Of a stretch of DNA of 64,000 nucleotides, positions 26,335 through 64,000 are shown one piece after another. How positions within the stretch are numbered: position 1 is the first letter of the stretch; each line of letters opens with the position of its first letter. The position numbers and the translations under genes were made by a program. The stretch is from contig OZ024745.1 of the NCBI GenBank assembly GCA_964016885.1, positions 71,610,001 through 71,674,000 on the forward strand, written 5' to 3'. Under the pieces are notes generated by a model. The model was not told the DNA's origin. It saw nothing but the letters and a program-made list of their open reading frames with translations, and did not search any database. The DNA is from Eledone cirrhosa. Lineage: Eukaryota.

Positions 26335-29300
26335 TTAATGGTCCAGTCTTGTCAACATACATTGTTATACTGATTCTGTATAAGGATTAATTTAAATATA
26401 CACTTGACAGTGGAATATCTAGCCATTTAAATGATAATTTAATGAGCAAGTAGTTACATTAATCAAACTAAATACACATTGCTAAAACCAAGAGATCTAT
26501 TTACTTTTACTCAAAACAAATACCAATTAATTGATAAAGAAATTTGACTAAAATTATTCATTATTTCATTACTAAGATGGGAACTAAACATGGTTCTTAT
26601 ATGAAATTATATTGGAAGATTTTAATTTAAATAGGAGTCCATTAAAATGTATGGTTTTGTTTCATAGAGTCAGAGCCAGTTTTGGACAGTTTGATATCAA
26701 AAGGGATAAGAAAATATATCCTCATATCAAAACAACTCTACTTACATTCACCAATAAATAATAAATACTTTGTTCTCTTGTGTCATGACCATGTGTGCAT
26801 CATTATTTAAACTGATTAGTAAAATATAGTATAAACATATTTAAGTCCACTGTAGTTTTGGTGCCACTATGAAATGCACTCACTCCACTCTGTAAAGTGG
26901 TAGTACTGGTACTTTGAAAAAAAAAAAAGTACTTAGTCCATCCTGTCAAGTGCCATAAGAAAACAAATCAAGTATGCACTGTGAAGTGGTTTGCATTTAT
27001 ATCTATGTCAAAATGGAATACATGATCTAGACAGTCATCTGAACGGTCTTGTGTCGAATATGACAACCCATTTAAGTCATGCAAGCATGGAAAATAGATA
27101 TAAAACGGGGATGATGATGATGATAAAAAAAAAGAGACCATGCTTTTATATGGGACTACATATACATTGCATGCTAAGTGATTGCGCTACCAAAGAATTT
27201 CAGTTCTTTAACTTTGTCAAATTCAGCTATATAAATGGTTTATTGATAAAAACTAGCTGGACTATCTTACCACCTGAGGTATCATTCAAGGATAATATAT
27301 AATTTTGCAGTCTCTTAACCACCTGCAGATGTTCTACTAATGTTTAACATTATCAAGTATCCTACTTGAATTCAATGTTTCTGATAACAAATCCCAAGAA
27401 TATGACTGGTAAATTATACATTAATAGTTAGGATGTTAAACATAAATTAGATGAGACACTTATAAACAACAATCCATCATTTTATGTCCATTTTTTCCAA
27501 GCTGGCAGGGGTTGGATGGGTCATTATGGACCAAGTCAGCATTTGATTTAATTTGAGTTAATTGGCCTGGTTTCTACAGCTGGTTGCCTTCCTATTGTCA
27601 ACCACTTTGCAGAGTGTACTGGGTGCATTTTGTTGTGGCACCAGCACTAAGGAGTGTATTGTGTCCTTGACATATCTGAAGAGTCATTCTAACCCTTTGT
27701 TTGGTGTGGTTTCTATGTCTGGTTGCTCTTCTTAACACTAACCACTTTACACACTCTACTGGTTGCATTTTATTGTGGCAAATACACTAGAGAGGTTGTC
27801 AGGTTGTTGACTTGATTGAAGCCCCCACCCCACTCTAATGTTCGTTTCCCTTGTAAAAAGGGTTGGACATGTCATCAGACTAGTTTGGTACTCAGAGCAG
27901 AAGTACTAGTCCCATTGTGGGCCAGGAGCCTGCATCGGGCTTACATACATTCCCTCACTTGAATATATATATATTATCTTTATTTCTTCTTTTTTTGTTT
28001 GTCCTTCTCTGTGACTCCTTGCTTTTCCCTCTCATTTTCATCTTCACTGGAATCCAGTCATTATTCTGTTCCCACTGAGTTGGTTTTAAAGTGACCCCAC
28101 TTCTCTGTGCATCAAGTGTTTAACTGTCTAAATAACCTGTAGCATGCAGGGGGAACTCCATAGTAATAGACTGCTGGATCAGCCTGAATAGATTATATAT
28201 AATGTATATGCTTTTGTTTCCATTTTACTGTTGTATTTTCCCTATATTAACATATTACTATATCTCACTAACTAACCCCTTCATTAATCTATCTCTTCAT
28301 TATTTCATTACTATAGTTCTGCTGTCTTACTACTAATGCTGTTGTCTTGCATCTCTGCTCCTGCTGTCATGCACCTTGCAGCAGCAGTAACAACAGCAAC
28401 TGCTGTCCTTATGACTGCTTTTGCATCTCTACAGCAGTTGTATTATACTTCTCTACCTCCCTTACTGCTGTATCTGCTCCTCCATCTTCCCCACCCCTGA
28501 TAGATTTATCTCACCTTTGCTTCACTGCCCTCTCACCTCTCTGTTCTATCTCCTTACTACTATATCCTCATTACCCTCCTTCACCTTACTATTTTTTTCT
28601 TTTTGGCTCCTGTTTCCTTATTCTGTCACTCTTGTATTTTTTCATTGTTCCCTTTCTTTCTACCCCCACCCCCCCCTGTATCTTTATTCATTTTCTTACA
28701 TATTTTCAATTATTTGTACACTGATTTGCTGAAATGTTGAACGATAAATGCAAGCTGAAAATACAAAGTTTTAAATATTGATTTTCACAGGATATATGGG
28801 TCCATTTGTCCCATATTCAGAAACTCTGCTCTTTTCTTCTTCAAACAGACCAGTTTTCAGCTTATTGATTTCTTTCTGCTTCACTTTCTATCACATCACT
28901 CTTTTCATTTCTCATCTCACTACTTCTGTGGCAATGAAAGAAGTTTTTGAGAGATGTAAGAGCTGTTAGATGTATTTAAAGCTGAAGCTAGGAAGACAAG
29001 TGTACTTATTGAAAGCGATTCTCATTCTGCTTAGCAGAGTCCTTGAGAAAAACGTGTGTTTGTGTAATGAGTTAATGACTGTGGCACTTGCAGGCTGTAA
29101 GAACAAGATTGCAGGAAAATGTTACATAAAGAGCCTTCAGTGAATATGGAGAGTCTGTTTCGAGGAGATTCACTTGATGGACTAACCATATTTATTAGTT
29201 CTGTATGAATAATTGATACATATATTACTCAATAAAAGAAAAGGCAGCACTATATATTTTGCAGCATCTGCTTGATTGTTAATAATTATGTTTGAGTTTA

Positions 29301-30738
29301 AGTCTGTCCCAAGTAGTGAGACTTATCAGGTCAGAGCTTACCTCGGTTTTCTTGGCATTAAGCAACTGAGAGTACAAGACCATCCCACACTGTAGAATGC
29401 TAGGCCCTCACTACTGCCAGTGTTTGTTTCTTTTTGCAACTGAGTGGACTGGAGCAACATCATATGAAATGTATTGCTTGAGGACACATGCCACATGGTC
29501 CTGGAATCAAATCCATAACCCCATGATTATGAGCTGAAACATGCTAGCCACTAGATCACATGATCACATGCCTTTACAAGGTTGGTGTGATTGATAGTAA
29601 ATTTAAAATTCTGTGGGTTGAAATCTATGCAGGGAAAGAGCCTCAGAGGATTAGGATGGAATAAGATCTTATGTATAGTTAATGATAGAGTTGACGGTGG
29701 GTAGTAAACAGAAAACAAGTGAGTGAATTATTGGGCTAGGGCCTAGGTTGTATGGAATAAAAGCTGATATTGATAGTGGGCGAGAGAAAGGGTTTCTGTG
29801 TATAACACAGAGAGAGAGAGAGAAAGAGTTGTGAGTGGATGGGTGAGGTAGGTGTTCTGAGTGTAGAAGAGTAGAGGTGAGACGGGTGTTCTAGGTGTAG
29901 GTGAGGCAGGTGTCTAAGTGGATGAGAAGGAAGTGTTCTGTGTGTGTGGGGAGTGGAGGTAAGGCAGGTGTTCTAAGTGGAAGAGTAGGAAGTGTCCATG
30001 TTCCATTGGGTTCAGCCTTAGGCAAGTGCCTTCTAATATAGCCTCGGGTTGACTTATGCCTTGTTAGTGAAATTTGTGTGTGTGTGTTTGCTTGTGCCAT
30101 GTAACTTAGCAGCTTGATAAGAGATTGATAAAATAAGTACAAGCATTGATATAATTGACTAAATTTCTTCAAGGTGGTGCCCCAGCATGGCTGTAATCTA
30201 ATGACCTGAAACCAATAAAAAGAAAAATAAAGAAAAGAATTTAGTTTGTGGAATAAAGTCATCATTAAGTGTTAAGATGGAATGTCTCTTGAGAAAACTA
30301 GTTTTCATGGCACATTATTATATTTCATTAATAAACCAACTATTGCCTATATCATATTTTATGATTAGTTGAGACAAATCTTTTATCAGTCTCTATCTTT
30401 ACCCTCTATCTCTTGTCTTGTGGACACAGGCCTGGCTGTGGTTAGGAAACTTCCTTTGCAATCTTGAGGTCCTGTGTCCAATCCTACTGCATGGCTTTTT
30501 GGGCAAGTGTCTTTACCGTAGCCTTGGGTTGACGTAAGCCTTGTGAATGAAATTGGGTAGATGGATACTGTGGAAACCTGTCGGACTTATTGTACCTGTA
30601 ATTCAAGGCTCTACTTTTGTCACATAATTGAGTCATGCTTATTCGACTTGGAAATTACATTAAGGTACATGTTTGGGAAATACTCAACGACTTGCATATG
30701 AATTCATGAGTTTGATAGTCAGTTGATAGAACAATTGA

Positions 30739-31077
30739 ATCATCATCATCATCATTTTACGTCCGCTTTTCCCTGCTTGCAAGGGTGGGACGGGAACTGA
30801 TTCTGGCTTAATTTCTACAGCTGGATGCCCTTCCTAACACCAACCTCATTTACAGTGAGTGCTGGGTGCTTTTTTGCCGTGGCGCCTACACGACCACTTT
30901 GCAGTGGAATGATATGGACCCCAGTCCCTATCATCTCATTTCTACAGCTGAGTAAACTGGAGCAATGTGAAATAAAGTGTCTTGCTCAAGGAAACAACAC
31001 ATCACCCTGTCTGAGAATTGAACTCACAACCTTTCGATTGCAAGACTAATGCTCTAACCACTAAGCCATGTGCCTCC
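30739..31077 (-). mobile_element. Full-length tRNA-derived SINE with CORE-like centre and RTE-type tail
   Basis: Reverse complement of 45793-46138; A/B boxes; (CAT)n tail. Confidence 0.9.
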
Positions 31078-33128
31078 TGAATGCTTATCAAAATTGATGT
31101 AAGATTTATTATATCTCTTGTTCAGACTATATTCAATATTCCAACTTCTTTCTGGTGTGTTTAAAAAGGCAATGAGGTTATTAAGAGTATAAAACAATGC
31201 TTGTGGTATTTTCCCAGTTATTGGCACTTTGAGTTCAAATCCTGACTTCATCTGTTTTGTCTGTCATCCTTCCCATATCGATAATCTATCATTCCAGGAC
31301 CACTGATTAGTGGAATCATTAGAGTATTGGATGAGATGTCATGCAGTATTTGTTCCATTCATTTTGTATCTTGAGTTCAAATCTTTCAGTGGTCTACATG
31401 GGTAGTAGACTTAATCTGTCACCAAGTTTAACACCACCTGGCCCTTGGTTTTCTTTATTGGAGTCCACTGTTTTGCAATCATTCAGACTATGTCTTCTTT
31501 CCATCAACCTTGGAGACCCTGAAAACAGTAATAGGCACTGCCTCCTCCATCCCTGACTAAACATTAATAAAAAGTTCACTTTCTCTTCCACTCACCTCTT
31601 TCATATATGGAAACTATAATTAAGGAGATTTTAATGACATTTTTTAAATGATGAACTGTATCAGATTGTGGGGCACCCATTGGTCTGGGTTGGACATCTT
31701 TCCTATTGCATGCAAGTGATTGAAGATGGTTGTTTTCGATGCACTTTGATAATTTTCCTCTCTAAAGACATCCAGTTGTAGAAATCATGCCAAAGTGGAA
31801 CATATTAGCCAGATGTGGTCATCTGATCTATCTAGTCTCAGATCATGATCCATCCAACCCATGGTAGAGTGGAAAACATGCAAAATGTTGTGTGTGTGTG
31901 TGTGTGTTCACATTTGACATTGTTAATGCGTTCAGTTACAATTAAATGGAAGTCCTGAAACTGAATGGCTTAGACATACAAAGATTTGTACCTTATTTTA
32001 AAAAGCTGAAGATTTGCACCAGGAAGGGCATCCAACTATAGATTTCTGCCTTTAAAAAAAAAAAAGTCTTATCCAACCCATGCCAATGTGTAAAAAAGGG
32101 ATACAATAATTGAATCTTCCTTTGCCATTCATCACCATAATGATGATTATGATGATCACGATCATAGTGACCATCACCACAATCATGATCATTATCATTA
32201 TGATGATAATTACCACCGCCATCATGATGATGAACATCATCACCATCAACACCATCATCATTGTTTCCTTTCATATCCATTTTTTTAATTTCTCAGATTC
32301 ATTTTCACCCTAGATTTTAATTTAAAAATGAAATAAAATACTATTAAACAGTTTTATAATTTATAACAACAGTCTAATCTCTTATCTATTAATAGTTAAT
32401 AGTTCTACAAGTTAATCCCCTATTTAGTGGGATTTATCTAGAATAAAATTGACAGCTTTTGGGTTTTGTATAGTTGTTCAACATCATCATTATTTTACAT
32501 ACACTTTTGGTGGCTTGTTATGTTTCATAGTTACTATCCCTGTAGATGGGTAGAGGACTGTCTCACTTGTACATTACATTTTTGCTTGATTTCTATGGCT
32601 GGATGCCCTTTCTAATAACTTTACAGAGTGTACTGGGTGCATTTTATCAGTATTAGCACTAGAGAGGTTGTTATGTCCCCAACAAATGGTTAAGATGTCA
32701 CAATACCTCACAAACAATCAATACTGCTTTTTTTTAATTAATTTCTTTTTATATGTTTTGATTGGAGGGAGATAATTGTATTCATAGCCTTTGCTTGCCT
32801 TCAGAAACCAGTTAGTTTGACATGGTTAACCCTTTTGTGACCATATTTCTCATGAAATGTACTGTATTTCAATTATGTGGCCCTGCACTAACCACAATAT
32901 ATATTGCAGCATGTCTTGTACATGTATGGTGAGATACTCTATCACTGGGCAGTACTAGGAAAGGCTAGATTTTGTTGAGGAGGTCTAATAAGATTGAAAC
33001 ATATCCAAAGTTGTCACTCTACTTGACAAATATCAAATAGAGCATTTAATATTAGTCCTTGAGCTAATGTTTTCATCTCCTTACTTCATAAAAAAATGTA
33101 TAAAGGTAAATCTCTTATGTTTCTCTGC

Positions 33129-33772
33129 ACACAGAGAAATAAAGGCTTCTGATTTAGGCTCACAGCCAGGAATTTTTGGGGTCAGGGAAAGTTGATTAAA
33201 TCGACCCCAGTTTGTTACTGGTACTTTATTTTATTGACCTCGTAAGGATGAAAAACAAAGCTAACCTTGATGGGATTTGAACTGAGAACGTAAAGGGCCT
33301 TAACTATATGCTGCAAAGCATGTTATCCTCCACTTCACCAATACTGCCAATCCACTGCCCTCTTTACACAGAGAAATAATTGTTTCTACTTTTTGGCACA
33401 AGGCCAGCAATTACCCAGCGCATTACTGGTACTTTATTTTATCGACCCCGTAAGGATGAAAGGCAAAGTTAACCCCGGCGGGATTTGAACTCAGATTGGC
33501 AAGGGCCATAACTCTATGCATCAAAGCATGGCGTCCGATCCTCTACCGATACTGCCAATCTACCACTGTACACAGAGAAATAATTGTTTCTACTTTTTGG
33601 CACAAGGCCAGCAATTACCCAGTACATTACTGGTACTTTATTTTATCGACCCCGTAAGGATGAAAGGCAAAGTTGACCTCGGCGGGATTTGAACTCAGAA
33701 TAGAAGAGAAATAATTGTTTCTACTTTAGGCACAAGGCCAGCAATTACCCAGTGCATTACTGGAGAAATAAT
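33129..33772 (-). mobile_element. Head-to-tail cluster of four SINE copies separated by a repeated target site
   Basis: (ACACA)GAGAAATAA(T) at 33129, 33366, 33570, 33705 and 33763. Confidence 0.88.
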
Positions 33773-33849
33773 GGAAAGTGATTGTATTTGTTTTTTTCAC
33801 AGCCAAGTCTTTTACTTAGAAAACTGTAGGTATAACTACATTAAATTAA

Positions 33850-58648
<24,799 letters not shown>

Positions 58649-58859
58649 GTATTTATTTATATATATATATACTTTTGTTTTGATTCTTAATTGCATTTAT
58701 TGATTAAAACCTTTTTATTATGTAGAACTTAATACTTTGTTCATAGATTAATCCATAACTGTTATTGAATGATTATCTAACTGAAGCTCAGTTCTGATGT
58801 CATTAGTTTGCTGTGTGATAATTCCTTATTACGTGAGATATTCCTACAATGTGACAATA

Positions 58860-59490
58860 ATGTACATATTACTACATGTGATATTAATGGTATGTAGTGT
58901 GAGATATTATGTAAATATTGTGCCAATACAAGACATATTACTACTATATGTCTAATGGTAGTTGTATGTAGTGTGAGGTATTGTGTCACTATTGTACATG
59001 TTACTACGTCTGATGTAATGGAGTATAGTATAAGATGTCAGTATTGCCTATGTTACTACATGTATGATGTCAATCGTCTGAAATAGTGTTTTAATATTAG
59101 ACATGTTACTACATGTCTAATGTCTCTGCTGTGTAGTGTGAGATGATGACTCGCATCATGCATTTTATCACATATCATACACATTAGTAGTCTGTAGTGT
59201 GAAATATTTGTTAATATCATACATATTACTACGTGTCTGTTGTCAGTTGTGTGTAGTGTAAGATAACATCAATATCATTCATGTTACCTCATGTCTGATA
59301 TCAGTTGTTTGTAGAGTGAGATATTGTCAATAGCATACATGTTACTATATGTGATGTTGGTGTATAGTTTGGGATATTGTACCTATTTGATACATGATAC
59401 TACATGTGAGGTTTTGTGTTGATATCATACATGTTACTACATGTTTGATGTCAGTGGTATGTAAGGTGAGATACTGTGTTCATATATCTT
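58860..59490. repeat. Degenerate tandem repeat, unit about 55-60 bp, about 11 copies
   Basis: Recurring acat(g/a)ttactacatgt...tgtagtgtgagata. Confidence 0.85.
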
Positions 59491-60216
59491 ACGTGCCTGG
59501 TAATTTATTTTTGTGAAAGCTACAGTGAAATAAAAATATTTCATTAATATGTAATTTAAGAAGTGCTGAGTTAAAATGGTGGAAGGTACTAATGGAGTGT
59601 GACCTAAACAAAGGGGAAAAAAACATCTGATGTATGGGCTAAATGTGTAGAATTAATTGTTGTATTTACTAAGCACTCTCTTCCTGTACCTCATTTCTCT
59701 GTCCATCATTGCTATCTTCAGTTCCTGGAGAGATTCCAGACCAGTATCTTGCTTCTGGTTTTCAATATATGTGACATGAAGTCACCACACTTCTTTGATT
59801 ATTGTTGTTATCTTCAGTCCCTGGAGAGATTCCAGGCCAGTATCTTGCTTCAGGTTGTCAATGTGTGTGACAGGACATTATAATTCTTATTGTGTATAAG
59901 CATGACTATGTGGTGTACATGCTTACAGTTATACAGTTGTTGTTCAATATCAGGTTACTCCTAATCAGGCAGATCTATGATCAAAGACATCCCAGCCATG
60001 ACCTGTGCAGGGATTTCAGGGACACGTTATCCAATGTGTTCTTTTTATGATGGTTGGGTGTAATTTGAGAGAGATTTAGCTATTTTTTCTAGCAGGTCAA
60101 GTGACCATGTTGAGGCTTCCACATAGTTAATACTAATGTAAATAAAATATAGGATTGATGTCTTGAGTTATGGAAAGTTTGTTTTCTAACTCTAAGTATA
60201 TGATTAAAAATAACAT

Positions 60217-60477
60217 TTAACCTTTTCATTATCATTTTTCTAATGAAAGACACTGCCTATAATTTTCAAATACTTTTGAAAATAATCAAGACTTTGAAGG
60301 GATTTAGTAATATAACTAGCTTTCTCATTATTAAGCTGGTATTTGGAACATAACTTAAGTGTTCTTACATAGAATTATGATGAAAGGTTTTTAAATAAAT
60401 ATAAACACTTTAAATTAAAAGACTTAGTATTGTAGAGCCAATGATAGTTTTGGGCAGTTTGGTATTGAAAAGGTTAA
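60217..60477. mobile_element. Abundant AT-rich TTAA-flanked MITE family; representative copy
   Basis: TTAA-CCTTTTCATTA...TATTGAAAAGG-TTAA. Decayed relatives at about 2733, 24330, 52290, 53908, 54745, 56226 and 62334. Confidence 0.7.
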
Positions 60478-61225
60478 CTGAATATCTTAACTCTTTGAGT
60501 GCCAGTGCCAATTTTGCTGTTTTCTTGCTCCAGGTTAGGTCAATGTGTTAGTTTTTGCATTTTTCAAACAATTGTTAAAAATAATAAAATATATATTTTG
60601 ATCAAATTTGCTTTGTTTACTTTGTCTAGACCTGTGTTGTGCTTCATAAACTAAACTAAAATCTACTGCATTTTTGGCATGCAGCAGGTGTGAGATAAAA
60701 GACATATACCAGTACATTTTTAGCACACAAGGGCTGGAAGGTAAAAGACGTACCAGTATCTTTTTGGTATTGAAAGAATTAATAGTTCAATCATTATAGC
60801 ACTTTACTTTCTAATGTTGAACTGAATAAGGGATAAAGGTTTATTGATTTTGTTGTATTTTGGGAGGGCCATGCTATTAAAATACTCACCAGTTGAGTTT
60901 CACTTCAGTCTTATCACTGTAATTAATCCCTCAGTCAATTGATTAATTTGACAGTCTTTTCATCAGGTCATTTGACTTTATTGATGACTTTTACATTGTT
61001 TCCTCCTCACCTACATTTACTCCCACTTTTCTATTTGCTGTCTTCTACCAATTTCATATAATATATTGCACAAATATTCTTTGTAAATTATTTCCCCTCT
61101 TCTCTTGTAACCAATTCCACATTATTCCAATTTATCTCACTTATTAATCTGTTGTTGTTTGAACCAAGTTAGCCTTGAGTGAGTAAATCTTTTATTAAAG
61201 ATGTTCCATCTCTGTTTTCAGACAT

Positions 61226-61513
61226 AATAATAATAATAATGATAATAATGAAAATATTGTGTACAGTGCTCAGGTGCTCTACAACTCATCAAAAGTGTAT
61301 GTATAGTACATAGGGTAATGTACAAACGTCAGGAAAATGAACGGTGCATGAGTCATGATATACACATGTGTGCATGTGTATGGAAGGGGGACATCAGGTG
61401 TAGTTTTGGCGAATTTCGGGAAGTATGAGGGTTTTAAAGGATGCAGTGTCTCGGCAGCTAACAACTGACGTAGGCAGTTTGTTCCATGCTTCAGCAACTC
61501 TAAGCGTGAAAAA
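61226..61513 (-). mobile_element. CR1/L2-group LINE 3' end
   Basis: Minus strand encodes FFTLRVAEAWNKLPTSVVSCRDTASFK followed by a 3' UTR and an (ATT)n tail. Confidence 0.8.
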
Positions 61514-62939
61514 ATACCTAGGACTGTATTATCCACTGTGTCCTTTCTTTTTAAGTTGGGAACTACCATATTTCTAATCAAAGACGACTTATGATTTTGA
61601 ATAATTTAAAAATAGTTAGGAATTTGAAAGGATTTAGTGATATAACTAACTCTCACTACTAAACTAGTGTGGATTAATGGCAATCTCGGTACAGTTTCAG
61701 ACAACATGCCTTGCAGCATATTGTTATGTCCCTTTACATTTCGAGTTCAAATCACGCTGAGGATAGCTTTTGCCTTCATCTTTAGTGGGTTGATATTGAT
61801 TTCATTGACTTTCTCCTTCCATAAAATTGCTGGCCTTGTGCCTAAACCAGAAACCATTATTAAACTTGTTTGGATCATAACTTAACATGTTCATACATTC
61901 AAATAATGGGGGAAGGTTTCTAAATAAATATAAACCAGCTGCAGTTTTAGTCAATTTGGTATTAAATAGCTTAAGAGTGATTTGTTTGCTATTTGTAGAT
62001 CTAGTGACTGTATAGAGATACTTCCTTGTTGACTCGTGTTTGATTAGATTATCTAACTAGGTTAGTTGAATGAAAGAAAATGTTAAAAAAATTAAACCTA
62101 TAGTCTCATAATCTAAACAGAGCTTTCTTTGGAAGATAGAAACATGAAACAATTGAATGTTTATACAATTTCACTTAGATTTAAAATAAAATGGAATAGG
62201 AGGTCATAATGTCTATTTTAGTTTGAGAAGTTCATCTAAATATGTACTCTACAGCTAAGCTATTAATAGTATTGTTTCACAAGTTTTCCAACACAGTCAT
62301 AGGGTGTATATTGTTGAGATGTTAAGGTGTGAGTTAACTCTTTTGTTACTATATTTCCAAAGAAAGATACTGCCTGTGATTTTCAAATAATTTTGAAAAT
62401 AATCATGAATTTGGAGGGATTTAGTAATATAGCATTCTCATTATTAAGCTGATGTTGGAAAGTTTTTAGATAAATATAAACACTTTAAATAGAAGTATTT
62501 TCGCCGGTTTCTAGCTATTTCTAGCAGGTTGAGACGACTATATTGGAACACAGGGTATTTGTATTTTTCATAGGTCTTAGGCATTTATTATCACTTTTGA
62601 CTGTGATACATAGTTGTGAATATTTATACATTTGAAATACCATGTTTGGAAAAAATCTTTTTGTCGCATTCTTTTAAATGACACTCTTAAAGATTTATGA
62701 TATCTGAAATACAATTTCCTTCAAGTTTTTAAAAACAAAATAAAAGCAAGAATGCTTCTTCACCATTTACTGCTAACTTTCATTACTGATGTGTACACTG
62801 GTATCTACTTTCTATGGTAGGGCCAATAATGTAAAAACTCCATGTAGTACAGAAGTAATAATTTCAAGATCAGCTGATGAGAGTTTTGTAGTAGGCTTTC
62901 ATCATATTGGATTTCATTGAACATTGAAATGAGCTACAG

Positions 62940-62995
<56 letters not shown>

Positions 62996-63153
62996 TGAAC
63001 AATGAAAAAGTTTAGTGCTTAATTAATTCATTGTTTTACGATCGTTTCAGTAGGTTGATTGACCATGATAAATTGATATAGTGATTAATCCGTACTAGTT
63101 AATGCAATTCCATATTATTAGTCTCAAAACTATAGATCCATCTCACCATCTTT

Positions 63154-64000
63154 CATCATCATCACCGTTTTACGTCCGTTCTTCCATGCTAGCATGGGTT
63201 AGACGGGTTGTCCTGTTGTGGGTAGTGTCTGGTCGGCTGACCATGCCTTGCTCATACAGGAACTGATTTTGGCTTGATTTCTACAGCTGGATGCCCTTCT
63301 TAACACCAACCTCATTTACAGTGAGTGGTGGGTGATTTTTTGCCGTGGCACCTCCACGACCACTTTGCAGTGGGTGGGTGTGGGGGCATATTGTCTATAT
63401 GCTTCAGCTTGTACCCATGGGAGGTCGGGTATTCTGTATTACTGCGTGACGCCAGAGATCACAGTCGTGTGTCATCGCCTTTGAGAGGTGTAATTGGGCA
63501 AGGTCGGCTTTTATCACCTCATCCCAGGTCTTCTTGGGTCTCCCCACTCCGCGGTTTCTATTGACTTCTAGTGCTCTGTGCCTTTTTATGCAGCTGTCAT
63601 CCTTCATACGCGTCACATGTCCATACCAACGCAACTGCCTCTCCTGCACACAGCATTTGATTCCTCTTATGCTCAGTCTCTCTCTCAATTCATTTATGCT
63701 TTGCCGTTCGCGTATATTACTATTACACATCCATCAGAGCAGGCAGGCTTCGTTTCTTTCTAATCTACGTAAGTCTTCCACCTTCAGCGCCCAGGTCTCA
63801 CTACCATGTAACATTGCTGTTCGTATACACGCATCATACAGTCTGCCTTTCATTTTGAGGGGAAAAGCCTTTTGCAGCTAGCAGTGGCAGTAGTTCCCTG
63901 AACTTCTTCCATCCCGTTCTTACCCTAGTTATTGTACTTTCTGAACACCCACCTCCGCTGCTAATTCGGTCACCTAGGTAGCAGAAGCTGTCTACTGTTT
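63154..64000 (-). mobile_element. RTE LINE family A copy, runs off the window edge
   Basis: ORF 63404..63730; close reverse-complement match to 10688-11571. Confidence 0.93.

Noticed and set aside
28347-28732. Overlapping ORFs of 125 and 103 aa
   Set aside because: Low-complexity pyrimidine-rich sequence that lacks stops by composition, with no recognisable domain.
31993-32313. His/Asp- and Ile/Met-rich ORFs
   Set aside because: Translation artefacts of a degenerate (CAT)n microsatellite.
59186-59194. AGTAGTCTG resembling miR-199-3p, which lies in vertebrate dynamin introns
   Set aside because: Only a 9-nt match inside a tandem repeat, with no precursor hairpin and on the sense strand. Coincidence.
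58860-59490. CRISPR-like repeat-spacer appearance
   Set aside because: Eukaryotic intron, the whole unit is homologous rather than unique spacers, and there are no cas genes.
63030-63100. Minus-strand GAAAC-GATC-GTA with an upstream hairpin, hammerhead-like
   Set aside because: No CUGANGA box in the required position.

Overview
AT-rich, microsatellite-dense animal genomic DNA. The repeat content (RTE LINEs with (CAT)n tails, tRNA-derived SINEs, mariner and piggyBac-type MITEs) looks cephalopod/octopus-like, which is inference. One host gene is present: a classical dynamin (DNM1/shibire-type) on the + strand. Twelve GT-AG exons between 33948 and 58648 splice into one open frame of 1495 nt covering most of the GTPase domain, the middle/stalk domain and the start of the PH domain. 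Exon 1 and the 3' exons were not found, so the first 33.9 kb are probably intron 1. The rest is transposon-derived. The most notable observations are: two hammerhead-ribozyme folds antisense to dynamin (40753-40836 and 13314-13362); SINEs inserted repeatedly at the same target site next to exons; a CpG-rich mariner derivative with three TIRs; CRE-like restriction-endonuclease retrotransposon relics; LINE/SINE 3' module sharing; and several intronic fold-back structures. No novel multi-gene system is supported.
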